64,000 nucleotides of DNA from Candidatus Zambryskibacteria bacterium RIFCSPHIGHO2_01_FULL_46_25 (GTDB taxonomy: Bacteria; Patescibacteriota; Minisyncoccia; Phycocordibacterales; Zambryskibacteraceae), in the NCBI GenBank assembly GCA_001825155.1, contig MHVH01000005.1, positions 70,413 through 134,412 of the forward strand, given 5' to 3'. The first letter of the stretch is position 1; each line of letters starts with the position of its first letter. The notes below the pieces were generated by a model. The model worked only from the letters and a program-made list of their open reading frames with translations. It did no database searches and was not told the origin of the DNA. Position numbers and translations under genes: made by a program. Below, piece by piece: positions 18,561 through 28,055 of the stretch.

Positions 18561-18675
18561 GTGTGGCACCTCTACTAATAATCTTAGCATAATATACAAA
18601 TCTTGTCAAGCACATTTATTAACTTATCCACACCTCACCAAGGCAACGCCTTGGTAAATGGCTTTGTTGAGCCGT

Positions 18676-20343
18676 TTATTCCAACGCAATATGGGATTCC
18701 AAATATTCGATAGTGCCGTTTACCTTCTTGCCTGGGTTAAAAATGTTTAAGGGATCGAAAATGTGCTTCACTTTCTTAAATAGTTCCAAAATTTCCGGCG
18801 AATACATTTTATTGAGATACGGCGTGCGCACGATGCCGTCGTTGTGTTCGCCAGTGATGGAGCCTTTGTACTCGCGAACGAGGTTATAAATCCTCTCCCC
18901 CGCTTCCTTGATGATGGCCACATTCATTTTGTTTTTCATATTCATAAGCGGAATGATGTGGAAGTTACCGTTGCCCGCGTGACCGGCAATAGTGTAATTG
19001 AGTTTATATTCGTCGAGAATTAACTTCATCTTTGGCAAGAATTCCGCCATGTCCTCCGGCCTCACTACTACATCGTCGACAAATGGTGCCGTGCGAGCTC
19101 CGTGAATGTGTTTCCTAAGCAGGTTGAAGCTCTCTCGCCGTACGGTCCAGTATTTCTCCGATTCTTCTTCCGACAAAGTTTTCCTCGATACGAGTTTAAA
19201 TGGATGAATAATTTCCTCAAGCTTCTCCATTTTGTTGTCTACCTCGGCTTTCGAGCTCCCGGAATATTCCACGAGGAGAATCAACTTCGGAATCCCACCT
19301 TTGAGTATCATGAAGGCTTCCGGCACGAAGGACCATATGAGGGAGAAGAAATGTTTCGGCTTCATACTCTTTAGCATTTCCGGGAAGAAGCGTACGGCAA
19401 GCTTCATGGTGGCATCGTCATAGGATTCTATCGAGTCCGGCTTCGTTGGGAGAATGGCGTTGATAAGCTTAGGCAAGTGAGTAAGGTCGTGGATGAAGAT
19501 AACAAAGAGCTCAGAAGCCTTCTCGACCGATACCAGTTGAACGGTTGCCTCGGTCATAATACCGAGAGTGCCTTGGGCGCCCGTCAGAAGTTTGTTGAGG
19601 TCAAACATTCCTTCCAACCCTTCGACAGGCTCAGGGTAAATATTCCAAAGGTAGTAACCGGCGGAGTTTTTGGAAACATTCGGCTTAGCTTGCCGTATCG
19701 CTTCTTTATTATTCTCCAATAATTCAAAGAGTTGTGTGTAGAGATTGCCTTCGAAATCCCCTTGAGCCATTTTTATCTCAAGTTCCGCCTTGGACAGAGG
19801 TTTAACCTCATATTCATGTCCATCGGAGAAAATGTATTTCGAAGAAACGACATAATCCTCCATTTTGCCATAGCGCAGAGTCTTCTCCCCCGCGCAATTG
19901 TTGGCTATCATGCCACCCAAGGCGCAAAGATTCTTTGACGCGGGATAGCAAGGCAGTATCAATTTCTTCTCCAGAGTTTTTTTCTCAAAATCTCTGTAAA
20001 AAGCTCCAGGCTCTGTGATACATAGGCCTTGCCTATGTATTTCACCGATTCTGTTCATATGCTTTGTGACATCGGCGACAATGGATTCTCCCAGCGGGCC
20101 GCCCGACATGTCTGAGCCGGCTGCCCGTATAGTAAGCGATACTTCTGGGCCAATAGATTTATGTTCGTGGACAAATTGGACCAGAGCGGCAAGGTCCGCG
20201 GCGTCTTTTGGATATACGACCAGCTTCGGTCTTACTTTAAAAAGGCTTGCGTCGCGGCTGTACGTTTCGAGCACCTCGTCATCATCTATCACTTCACCTT
20301 TGAACACATGCCTTAGTGCGTCAGCCAATATCATGCCTGTCAT
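18676..20343 (-). CDS. FAD-binding oxidoreductase (GlcD/D-lactate dehydrogenase family)
   Basis: RAAGSDMSGG, GAQGTLG, GHAGNGNFH, GEHNDG, FDP.NIFNPGK. Confidence 0.9.
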   Translation of the reverse strand: MTGMILADALRHVFKGEVIDDDEVLETYSRDASLFKVRPKLVVYPKDAADLAALVQFVHEHKSIGPEVSLTIRAAGSDMSGGPLGESIVADVTKHMNRIGEIHRQGLCITEPGAFYRDFEKKTLEKKLILPCYPASKNLCALGGMIANNCAGEKTLRYGKMEDYVVSSKYIFSDGHEYEVKPLSKAELEIKMAQGDFEGNLYTQLFELLENNKEAIRQAKPNVSKNSAGYYLWNIYPEPVEGLEGMFDLNKLLTGAQGTLGIMTEATVQLVSVEKASELFVIFIHDLTHLPKLINAILPTKPDSIESYDDATMKLAVRFFPEMLKSMKPKHFFSLIWSFVPEAFMILKGGIPKLILLVEYSGSSKAEVDNKMEKLEEIIHPFKLVSRKTLSEEESEKYWTVRRESFNLLRKHIHGARTAPFVDDVVVRPEDMAEFLPKMKLILDEYKLNYTIAGHAGNGNFHIIPLMNMKNKMNVAIIKEAGERIYNLVREYKGSITGEHNDGIVRTPYLNKMYSPEILELFKKVKHIFDPLNIFNPGKKVNGTIEYLESHIALE

Positions 20344-21194
20344 AGGTTGTTGAATAGTTTGAGTCGCTCGATAACCACCTCTTTCATGCTCTTCACCGCT
20401 TCCTGCATAAATTTATATGGGGCTATCTCGCCCGATTTTATACCTTCCTCAATACCCGCTTTATAAGCTAGGCGGAGTTCTGTATTGATATGAATAATTC
20501 TAATGCCGGCCGCAATCGCTAAGCGGAAGTCTTCGTCGCTTATGCCCGAGCCGCCATGAAGGACGAGAGGTACTTCAGAAATTTGCTCAAGCTTTTTGAT
20601 TAGCTCAATGTCGAGATCTGGTTCTCCGGCTTTGACTATCCCGTGAATATTTCCCACAGAGGGAGCAAAAAGGTCAATGCCAGTTTGTTTTACGAATTCT
20701 GCCGCCTCGTCTGGATTTGTCTTCGCCACTCCTGCCGGAATTTCCTCCAGAACTTTCGATGATGTGCCAATGAAGCCAAGCTCTCCTTCGACCAAGGCCG
20801 GGCCTTGAGAATTTGTATTTAAGGCCCGGCCTTCGGCATAATCCACAACCTTTTTTGTCATGGCAACATTTTCTTCAAATGATTTTGCGGCGCCATCTAT
20901 GATGACGCTATCTACCCCCGCGTCTATGGCGGCCTTCGCCCTCTCGACGGAGTAAGTGTGGTCGGCGTTTATGAAGACGGGCAGGCCGTTGCCGCGGGCA
21001 ACTTTTACCAGAGAGACTATTTCGGCAAGGCCGATAAACTCTCTCTCCCCTTCCGATACGCCGATAATCACCGGAACTCCAAGCTCTTTCGCAGCTTCTA
21101 CCACAGCCTTGAATCCTTCGGAATCTGAAATATTGAAATGGCCTATGGCAACACCCTTCTTCTTTGCGTCGGCAATACACTCGCTTAATGTCAT
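20340..21194 (-). CDS. fba: Class II fructose-bisphosphate aldolase
   Basis: NADH, VEGELG, VGNIHG, LVLHGGSG, INTELR. Confidence 0.92.
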   Translation of the reverse strand: MTLSECIADAKKKGVAIGHFNISDSEGFKAVVEAAKELGVPVIIGVSEGEREFIGLAEIVSLVKVARGNGLPVFINADHTYSVERAKAAIDAGVDSVIIDGAAKSFEENVAMTKKVVDYAEGRALNTNSQGPALVEGELGFIGTSSKVLEEIPAGVAKTNPDEAAEFVKQTGIDLFAPSVGNIHGIVKAGEPDLDIELIKKLEQISEVPLVLHGGSGISDEDFRLAIAAGIRIIHINTELRLAYKAGIEEGIKSGEIAPYKFMQEAVKSMKEVVIERLKLFNNL

Positions 21195-21210
21195 GCTATT
21201 ATTTTATCAA

Positions 21211-22197
21211 ATGCACGACTTTATAGCGATTGGCGATATCGTGACCGATGCCTTCATCAAACTTAAGGATGCGAGCGTCCACTGCGACATCAACAACGAG
21301 AAATGCGAGATATGCATGGCTTTCGCCGATAAGATTCCCTATGAATCGGTTGAGGAAGTAAGCGCCGTTGGTAATGCTTCGAATGCCTCAGTCGCCGCGG
21401 CGAAACTCGGGCTCAAAAGTGCTTTGGTCTCAAATCTGGGCGATGACAGCAACGGACACGAGTGTCTCGAGACGCTAAGGGTGGCTGGCGTCGATACGCA
21501 ATACGTAACTGTCCACGCGGGCAAGAAATCTAACTATCATTACGTGCTCTGGTACGAGAATGAGCGCACTATTCTCATAAAACATGAGACGTATGACAGG
21601 AAATTGCCTGATATAGACTCACCCAAGTGGCTTTACTTCTCCTCTCTCGGTCCAGATACGGAAGCCTATCACTCCAAAATAGCGGAGTATCTGAAGAGCC
21701 ACGCGGAAGTTTCTCTCGCCTTCCAGCCTGGAACATTCCAACTCAAGTTGGGAAGGGAAAAATTGATGGAAATTTATAAGCGGACCAAAATATTTTTCTG
21801 CAATATCGAGGAGGGAGAAAAGATTCTCGGCATTGATACTCTCGGCGTGCAAGAACTTTTGAAAAGATTGCGTGAGCTGGGTCCGGAAATCGTAGTAATT
21901 ACCGAGGGGCCCAAGGGCGCTTATGCGTATGATGGCTCAAAAATTTACCACCAGCTTCCCTACCCGGACCCGAGACCCGCTCTCGAGCGTACAGGCGCTG
22001 GAGACGCATTCTCTGCCACCATAGTTGCCGCACTCGCTCTCGGGAAGGATCTGCCGGAGTCTCTCCAGTGGGGCGCTATTAATGCTTCTTCTGTCGTGCA
22101 GTATGTCGGCGCGCAGAAAGGACTCCTCTCCCGCCCCCAAATCGAAGAATATCTAAAGACTGCTCCTCCGGAATTCGAAACAAAAGTTTTAAACTAA
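21211..22197 (+). CDS. PfkB-family carbohydrate kinase
   Basis: GNASNASVA.AKLG, FQPG, TEGPKG, TGAGDAF; ATG 21211. Confidence 0.9.
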   Translation: MHDFIAIGDIVTDAFIKLKDASVHCDINNEKCEICMAFADKIPYESVEEVSAVGNASNASVAAAKLGLKSALVSNLGDDSNGHECLETLRVAGVDTQYVTVHAGKKSNYHYVLWYENERTILIKHETYDRKLPDIDSPKWLYFSSLGPDTEAYHSKIAEYLKSHAEVSLAFQPGTFQLKLGREKLMEIYKRTKIFFCNIEEGEKILGIDTLGVQELLKRLRELGPEIVVITEGPKGAYAYDGSKIYHQLPYPDPRPALERTGAGDAFSATIVAALALGKDLPESLQWGAINASSVVQYVGAQKGLLSRPQIEEYLKTAPPEFETKVLN

Positions 22198-23169
22198 TTC
22201 CTTAACCGCTTTTATAATCGCGTCTTTGTCCATTCCATAGTGCTTGAGGAGTTCTTCCGGTTTGCCTGACTGGCCGAATTGGTCGTGGACGCCGACGAAT
22301 CGCATTGGCACAGGCTTGTGTTCCGCCAAACACTCCGCCACAGCACTGCCCATGCCACCGGCTACCTGATGCTCCTCGACCGTTACTATGGCCTTGGCCC
22401 TATTGGCGAGAGCGACTATGGCCTTTTTATCCAGCGGTTTGATGGTAGAGAGATTCATCACTTCCACTGCAATACCCTTCTCCTCAAGCTCCTTTGCCGC
22501 AAGTAGAGCTTGGTAGAGGAGCGCGCCGGTGGCAATAATGCCTACCCTTGGTTTGTTTCCTTGCCAGAAAATTTGTGCCTTGCCAATCTCAAACGGAGTT
22601 TCGTTTGTCGTCATGACAGGCGTCTTCTCGCGAGCGAGGCGAAGATATACAGGAGTGTTTGTAACCGCGCTAGCTTCGGTAGCCTTTCTAGCTTCAATTG
22701 CATCGCAAGGAGAAATGACGACCATGCGTGGCAGTACGCGAGCGATTGCCAAGTCCTCTAGAGCTTGGTGCGTGCCACCATCCGGACCAACGGAAACTCC
22801 GGCGTGCGAGCCGGCAATCTTAACCGGTCTATTGTTATAACAGATAGTAGTGCGAATCTGTTCCCAGTTTCTGCCGGGAGAAAACATGGCATAAGAGCTA
22901 ATGAAAGGAATTTTACCCATGGCGGCAAGGCCGGAAGCGACCGAGGCCATATTCTGCTCCGCCACGCCCATTTCGATAAACCTTTGCGGGAACTTCTCCG
23001 CGAAGAAGTGCATTTGGGTCGATTCCGTAAGATCGGCGCACAATCCTACTACGCGCTGATTTTGCTCTCCTGCGGAGAGCAATCCTTCGCCAAATCCTTT
23101 TCGTATCGGCACTTGCTCGACATCCTTGTCGAAAATTTTCTTATTGAGATGTAAGTCTGGGTTGAGCAT
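22189..23169 (-). CDS. Transketolase C-terminal subunit
   Basis: GVAEQNM, GPDGGTHQ, IKPLD, VEEHQ. Confidence 0.93.
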   Translation of the reverse strand: MLNPDLHLNKKIFDKDVEQVPIRKGFGEGLLSAGEQNQRVVGLCADLTESTQMHFFAEKFPQRFIEMGVAEQNMASVASGLAAMGKIPFISSYAMFSPGRNWEQIRTTICYNNRPVKIAGSHAGVSVGPDGGTHQALEDLAIARVLPRMVVISPCDAIEARKATEASAVTNTPVYLRLAREKTPVMTTNETPFEIGKAQIFWQGNKPRVGIIATGALLYQALLAAKELEEKGIAVEVMNLSTIKPLDKKAIVALANRAKAIVTVEEHQVAGGMGSAVAECLAEHKPVPMRFVGVHDQFGQSGKPEELLKHYGMDKDAIIKAVKELV

Positions 23170-23170
23170 A

Positions 23171-24037
23171 TTACTCGTGTTCGGACTTAATCTTCCCACC
23201 TAAGGTGCGCAGCTCTTTCAAAGCAAGAGCCCCCTCCTCTTTGCTCGGTGGTTTGCCATGCCAGCGATAGTCGCGCTCAAATTCCGGCACGCCCTTGCCG
23301 GCTATGGTGTGAGTGATGATTACCGTTGGCTTGCCGAAAATGCTTTTCGCCGCGGCGAAGGTGTCCGCAATCTCCTCGATATTGTGCCCGTCAATCTCTA
23401 TCACGTGCCAATTCCATGCTCGCCACTTGTCCGAAAGACTTTCGAGAGGCATCACTTCCTCCGTGTAGCCATCTATTTGGATATTATTCCTGTCGACGAC
23501 AGCAACCAAGTTGTGAAGCTTCTCCTTGCCGGCAAGCATAGCCGCTTCCCAAGTCTGCCCGCACTCCATTTCCCCATCAGAGAGCAGAGCGTAAATGCGT
23601 CTCTGCGAAGTAAGACCGTGGTCAATTTTGTCCGCGAGCGCCATACCCACCGCCTGCGAGAGACCGGAACCAAGTGGTCCGGAGCTGGTCTCAAGCATTG
23701 GCAAATAATCTCTGTGAGGATGACCTTGCAATCTGCTGCCGAACTTCCGCAAAGTCTTGAGTTCTTCTATCGAGAAATATCCCGCGTGAGCCATGGTCGA
23801 ATACAAAACAGGACAAATGTGCCCGTTTGAGAGCACGAGTCTATCCCGCTCCGGCCAGTCCGGCTTCTTGGGCTTATGCTTAAGTGTATGGAAGAAGAGG
23901 ACGGTGAAGATGTCAGCCATATCAAGAGGCCCCGCGGTGTGTCCCGAGCCGGCTTCTATCAAAGATTCGATGATAGAAACGCGAATCTTGTTCGCCTGCT
24001 CCTCAAGCTCTTTTATTCTTTCGTCAGTGAGTTCCAT
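23171..24037 (-). CDS. Transketolase N-terminal subunit
   Basis: GSGH, DRLVLSNGH, LQGHP, SDGE...WEA, DRNN. Confidence 0.93.
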   Translation of the reverse strand: MELTDERIKELEEQANKIRVSIIESLIEAGSGHTAGPLDMADIFTVLFFHTLKHKPKKPDWPERDRLVLSNGHICPVLYSTMAHAGYFSIEELKTLRKFGSRLQGHPHRDYLPMLETSSGPLGSGLSQAVGMALADKIDHGLTSQRRIYALLSDGEMECGQTWEAAMLAGKEKLHNLVAVVDRNNIQIDGYTEEVMPLESLSDKWRAWNWHVIEIDGHNIEEIADTFAAAKSIFGKPTVIITHTIAGKGVPEFERDYRWHGKPPSKEEGALALKELRTLGGKIKSEHE

Positions 24038-24573
24038 ATTTCTTTGAAATGCGACCCTACTACAAGTCTGTCCGTTCCGGCATCGAGAAGCTTTTGGTAA
24101 TTATTAAGATTTACACCGCCGTCTACCGAAATGGGTTTGTCGGGAAACTTTTCCTGCAGGAGCTTAACCCTGCCAAATATTTTATCATCCAGCGGTTCGC
24201 CCTGCTTGCCGATATCATCTATCGACATGAGGTGGATAAAATCCACGAAATCGAAGAAGGGCATGAATTCTTCGAGCGGCCTGTCGATCTCCACGGCGTA
24301 GCCGATTTCCGCCCGGTCTCTGTACTGGACGAGCGCCGCCGAAGGTTTGTGGATACTCACGCGCTTGGCTCCTCTCTTGATCCACCTTTCGATTATGGAA
24401 TCCGGATCCTCGACCATAAGATGTACCTCGAAATCTCTCGTATTCTTGTCTGTCCATATATCTTCCTCCAAAACATCCATGTGGAAGAACGTGATTGAGC
24501 CCGGCAACTCCGCCAAACTCTTCTCAAGCTCCTCTACCGAATGCGGCAAAATTGCCGGAATGATTTCGTGCAT
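24013..24573 (-). CDS. rpe: Ribulose-phosphate 3-epimerase
   Basis: IIPAIL, HMD, VHLMV, VDGGVN, VVGS. Confidence 0.85.
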   Translation of the reverse strand: MHEIIPAILPHSVEELEKSLAELPGSITFFHMDVLEEDIWTDKNTRDFEVHLMVEDPDSIIERWIKRGAKRVSIHKPSAALVQYRDRAEIGYAVEIDRPLEEFMPFFDFVDFIHLMSIDDIGKQGEPLDDKIFGRVKLLQEKFPDKPISVDGGVNLNNYQKLLDAGTDRLVVGSHFKEIWNSLTKE

Positions 24574-25016
24574 TATCTGTCGAGTTTAGTAATTCTTCTT
24601 ACGTGACGTTCGTCGCCGGAGAAGGGCGTTTCAAGCCAGAGCTTTACGGTTTCGAGAGCTTCATTGGCTTCGATAAATCGGGCGCCGAGGGAAAGAATAT
24701 TCGCGTCATTGTGTTCGCGAGAGAGCCGCACTATCTCTATTGAACCGCCGTAGTAAACCGCGGCCCGCACGTTTTTAAATCTGTTGGCGCACATAGCCTC
24801 GCCCTGGCCCGACATCCCTATGACTATTCCTCTTGACTCCAACTCGTTTGCGACGGCTTGCGCGACCGGCTTCATAAAATCCGGATAATCGTCGTTCGGG
24901 TTGAGAGAAAAGGCACCCTTGTCCTCGATTTCATGGCCAAGCACTTTTAGATACTCAATTAGTTTGGCTTTGAGTTCGAATCCCGCGTGATCTGATCCGA
25001 TGTAGATTTTGGTCAT
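24573..25016 (-). CDS. rpiB: Ribose-5-phosphate isomerase B
   Basis: GSDHAG, DYPD, REHNDAN, RH.RR. Confidence 0.93.
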   Translation of the reverse strand: MTKIYIGSDHAGFELKAKLIEYLKVLGHEIEDKGAFSLNPNDDYPDFMKPVAQAVANELESRGIVIGMSGQGEAMCANRFKNVRAAVYYGGSIEIVRLSREHNDANILSLGARFIEANEALETVKLWLETPFSGDERHVRRITKLDR

Positions 25017-26017
25017 TAGAAATTAGAAATTACTTGGCCGAGCTTCACCACATGTCGGACAAGTGTATTCGTATACCCCATTTCGTTGTCATACCACGAG
25101 TAAACGGCGCAAAGGTCGCCGCCGGTGACATGCGTAAGCGACAGGTCGGCAATAGCGGCGTGAGGATTGCCGATAATGTCGGTTGAAACGATTTGCTCGC
25201 GAGTGACGGCAAGGATGCCCTTCCATCTTTCTTCTTTCGCGGATTCTTCAAGCATCGAATTGATTTCCTCCGGAGTAGTCTCGCGCGAGGAGACGAAGCC
25301 GATTGCCGAAAGAGAGCCGGTAGACACCGGCACTCTCATGGCTACGCCGTCGAACTTCCCCAGAAGTTCGTGCACCGCGCGGCCGACGGCGATGGCGGCG
25401 CCGGTCGAGGACGGCACTATGTTAATGGCCGCCGCCCTGCCACGGCGGAAATCCCCGCCTTTCACCGGCGAATCGGTAAGTGTTTGGGTCGCGGTATAGC
25501 CGTGGATGGTATTGAGAAACGCCTTTTTGATACCAAGCTTCTCGGAGAGTATCTGCATGATGGGCGAGGCGGAGTTTGTAGTGCAGGAGCCGTTTGAAGT
25601 AATTTTACAAACCTTGAGGTCATCTTCGTTAACGCCCATGAGCACGGTTTTCGAGTCGGATGAGTCCTCATCCTTGGCCGGCGCGGTGATGACGACCCTC
25701 TTGGCGCCGGCGGCAAGATGCGCCCGCGCTTTCTCATAACTTTCGAATGCTCCAGAGGATTCGACGACGATATCGATATTCAAATCTTTCCAGGGAAGAT
25801 TGGCTGGCTCCTTCTCGGAAAGGAATTGCGCTTTGAAGCTCCCGTCCCACGAGCCGTAAACACTGTCGTGCTTCAAGAGATATTCAAGGTTGTCCTTGTC
25901 GCCCAGGTCATTGACCGCCACGACCTCAAGTTCGGGAATGCTCGATGCCAGTTTGTAAAAAGCTCTGCCGATCCGGCCGAAACCGTTGATTGCCACTCGT
26001 ATTTTTTTCGTTTCCAT
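25016..26017 (-). CDS. gap: Glyceraldehyde-3-phosphate dehydrogenase
   Basis: INGFGRIGR, SCTTN, SSTGAA, WYDNE. Confidence 0.96.
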   Translation of the reverse strand: METKKIRVAINGFGRIGRAFYKLASSIPELEVVAVNDLGDKDNLEYLLKHDSVYGSWDGSFKAQFLSEKEPANLPWKDLNIDIVVESSGAFESYEKARAHLAAGAKRVVITAPAKDEDSSDSKTVLMGVNEDDLKVCKITSNGSCTTNSASPIMQILSEKLGIKKAFLNTIHGYTATQTLTDSPVKGGDFRRGRAAAINIVPSSTGAAIAVGRAVHELLGKFDGVAMRVPVSTGSLSAIGFVSSRETTPEEINSMLEESAKEERWKGILAVTREQIVSTDIIGNPHAAIADLSLTHVTGGDLCAVYSWYDNEMGYTNTLVRHVVKLGQVISNF

Positions 26018-26442
26018 TACTTAGATTCTAGCACATCGCTTTCTCCGGCGTTGAGCTCGAGGACGTATTTTACCGCCCGCGGTGGATAAAAGACTTGAGG
26101 ATAAGTATCGGGCGAGACGCTCTTCTCGACGCCTATTATGCCGAAGTTTTCGTCCAGCCAGACTATGTCTATTGGGAAATTCATGTCCTTCATCCAGAAA
26201 CCGTGAAGTCCCGATTTCTCGAAGATGAAGAGAAGCCCCGTCCTCGCCGCGAGCGCTTCTCTGCCCGAGAGACCGCGCATTCTCTCCAGGTCCGAATCGG
26301 CAATCTCGACTTGGATTTCCGTATTCGCAATTACTATAACCCCCTCTCGTATCTCCCCCTTAGCAGGGGGAGAAGTGAAAAACGCGTAAAATGACCAGGC
26401 GATAATCGCGACTCCCAGTATCAAAAAGAATTTATCCCGCAT
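26017..26442 (-). CDS. DUF192 family protein
   Basis: VEIAD...RMRGLSGR, FWMKDMNFPIDI, YVLELNAG. Confidence 0.88.
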   Translation of the reverse strand: MRDKFFLILGVAIIAWSFYAFFTSPPAKGEIREGVIVIANTEIQVEIADSDLERMRGLSGREALAARTGLLFIFEKSGLHGFWMKDMNFPIDIVWLDENFGIIGVEKSVSPDTYPQVFYPPRAVKYVLELNAGESDVLESK

Positions 26443-26454
26443 AATCCAAGTATA

Positions 26455-26482
26455 GCAAAACCCCGCCGAAGCGGGGTTTTGC
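26455..26482. terminator. Bidirectional terminator
   Basis: GCAAAACCCCGC-CGAA-GCGGGGTTTTGC. Confidence 0.85.
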
Positions 26483-26510
26483 TTGTGTAACTTCCGCCGA
26501 AGCGGATTGA

Positions 26511-26804
26511 TTACATCGGTCGGCGATTCATACCGCCGCCATTGCCATTGCGAGGCTCGAGCGGACGCGCGACATTGACGGTGAGTTTCCTGCCCTCGAA
26601 GTCCTGGCCATTGAACATGTCAATCGCCTTCTGAGCTTCCTCTTCGCTAGACATTTCTACGAAGCCGAAACCCTTGGACCTTCCGGTCATGCGGTCAATG
26701 ATAATTGCCGCGGAAACGACGTTTCCAGCCTTCGAGAAAGCTTCTGTCATAGTAGCTTCGGTCGAAGTGTAAGGAATACCGCCAACATATAACTTGGTTG
26801 TCAT
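26511..26804 (-). CDS. RRM RNA-binding protein
   Basis: RNP2 LYVGGI, RNP1 KGFGFVEM. Confidence 0.93.
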   Translation of the reverse strand: MTTKLYVGGIPYTSTEATMTEAFSKAGNVVSAAIIIDRMTGRSKGFGFVEMSSEEEAQKAIDMFNGQDFEGRKLTVNVARPLEPRNGNGGGMNRRPM

Positions 26805-26970
26805 TTACTTAACTGCCGGCATTATTCTAAAACCATGTAAGTGCCGGCTTTCTCATTTCGCGCTCTCTCGGATTTACCTCGAAGATCACCAGAACGAGAA
26901 CCTTACATGTTTGTATTATATCACACCCAATCATTAGACGCAACGCTGTGGATAAACTTACCCCCACATC

Positions 26971-27171
26971 TCAATCTTGCTTCAGATATGGCTTAATTTT
27001 ACTCCACAGTAGGTGCCTTATACCCAAGAGTTCCAAGCCGACAAGCAGTAGAAACCCAACCGGTGTAAACGGGGTGATGATGGATAGTCCCCCGATAATG
27101 ACCAGAACAATACCAACCACCCTCTTTCTCTTTGGGTTCAAATCCAGGTAATTTTTAATTTTTTCTTTCAC
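26971..27171 (-). CDS. Small membrane protein
   Basis: Hydrophobic hairpin with ITPFTP; GTG start right after the tRNA-end duplicate. Confidence 0.6.
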   Translation of the reverse strand: MKEKIKNYLDLNPKRKRVVGIVLVIIGGLSIITPFTPVGFLLLVGLELLGIRHLLWSKIKPYLKQD

Positions 27172-27172
27172 T

Positions 27173-27194
27173 TGGCGGAAGCGGAGAGATTCGA
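27173..27194 (-). repeat. Duplicate of tRNA-Ser 3' end (att-like), with CCA
   Basis: GCGGAAGCGGAGAGATTCGA at 27175-27194 equals 27301-27320. Confidence 0.88.
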
Positions 27195-27301
27195 TTTTCT
27201 TATGGAAAATTACCAGGAAGTCCCCCGGACTTCCCTTCGAACCTCTCCTTGACTTAAGTATGACAAATTTTAATACAGAGACGTATCAAAATTTGTCATT
27301 G

Positions 27302-27386
27302 CGGAAGCGGAGAGATTCGAACTCTCGATACCTTGCGGCATGCCACGTTTCCAACGTGGTGCACTAGACCACTATGCGACGCTTCC
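27302..27386 (-). tRNA. tRNA-Ser(GGA)
   Basis: GGAAGCG...CCACG-TTGGAAA-CGTGG, long variable arm, GTTCGAATC. Confidence 0.96.
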
Positions 27387-27411
27387 TTTCGGCTTTATTT
27401 ATAGCACAGTT

Positions 27412-28044
27412 CTACGCCACCGCTTCTGGGACAGTGGCGAGAGCGGAATAAGAGACAACTTTGTTCCGACCTGTCTCCTTGGCTCTGTAGAGCGCTTCGT
27501 CGGCGTGTTTGACGAGCGCCTCTAGACCAACACCTTCTTGAGAAGATGCCACACCGGCGCTTATGGTAATTTTGAAACCGGGAATTTCTGTAAATTCCAA
27601 TTCTTCCACCTTCTGCCTAATCTCTTCCGCCTTGGCAGCGGCATCCTGTTCACTCGCGCCTAAGAGGTTCACGATTATCTCCTCCCCGCCCCATCTGGCC
27701 GCCGTGTCCCCTGTTCTTAAACTCACGCTTATAACACTAGCAATCTTCTTAAGTACCACGTCTCCCATGTCGTGCCCGTGCGTATCATTCACTTTTTTGA
27801 AATGGTCTATGTCGAAGAAAATTACCGAAAGATTCCTGAAACCGAAGTGCTGTTTGCGCTGTAGAAAGCCATTTGCCTGCAACTGAAGCTGTTGGCTGAT
27901 AATCTCCAGATAGACGCTTACTTCGTGGTCGAAGAAGGCTCTGGTCTTGAGTCCGGTCAGAGTGTCATGGATAAGATTGTCCTCGAGCTCATCAATCTGA
28001 TGCTCGAGTTCCTTTACCCGCTCTTCTAAAGTCTTATTTTCCAT
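27412..28044 (-). CDS. GGDEF-domain protein (diguanylate cyclase-like)
   Basis: DTLTGL, DIDHFKKVNDTHGH.GD, RWGGEEI, ADEALYRAK.GRN; start approximate. Confidence 0.9.
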   Translation of the reverse strand: MENKTLEERVKELEHQIDELEDNLIHDTLTGLKTRAFFDHEVSVYLEIISQQLQLQANGFLQRKQHFGFRNLSVIFFDIDHFKKVNDTHGHDMGDVVLKKIASVISVSLRTGDTAARWGGEEIIVNLLGASEQDAAAKAEEIRQKVEELEFTEIPGFKITISAGVASSQEGVGLEALVKHADEALYRAKETGRNKVVSYSALATVPEAVA

Positions 28045-28055
28045 CACTTATTATT

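Noticed and set aside
20956-21210. 85-aa N-terminal extension of the PfkB kinase in the ORF track
   Set aside because: Overlaps fba on the opposite strand; family similarity begins at ATG 21211
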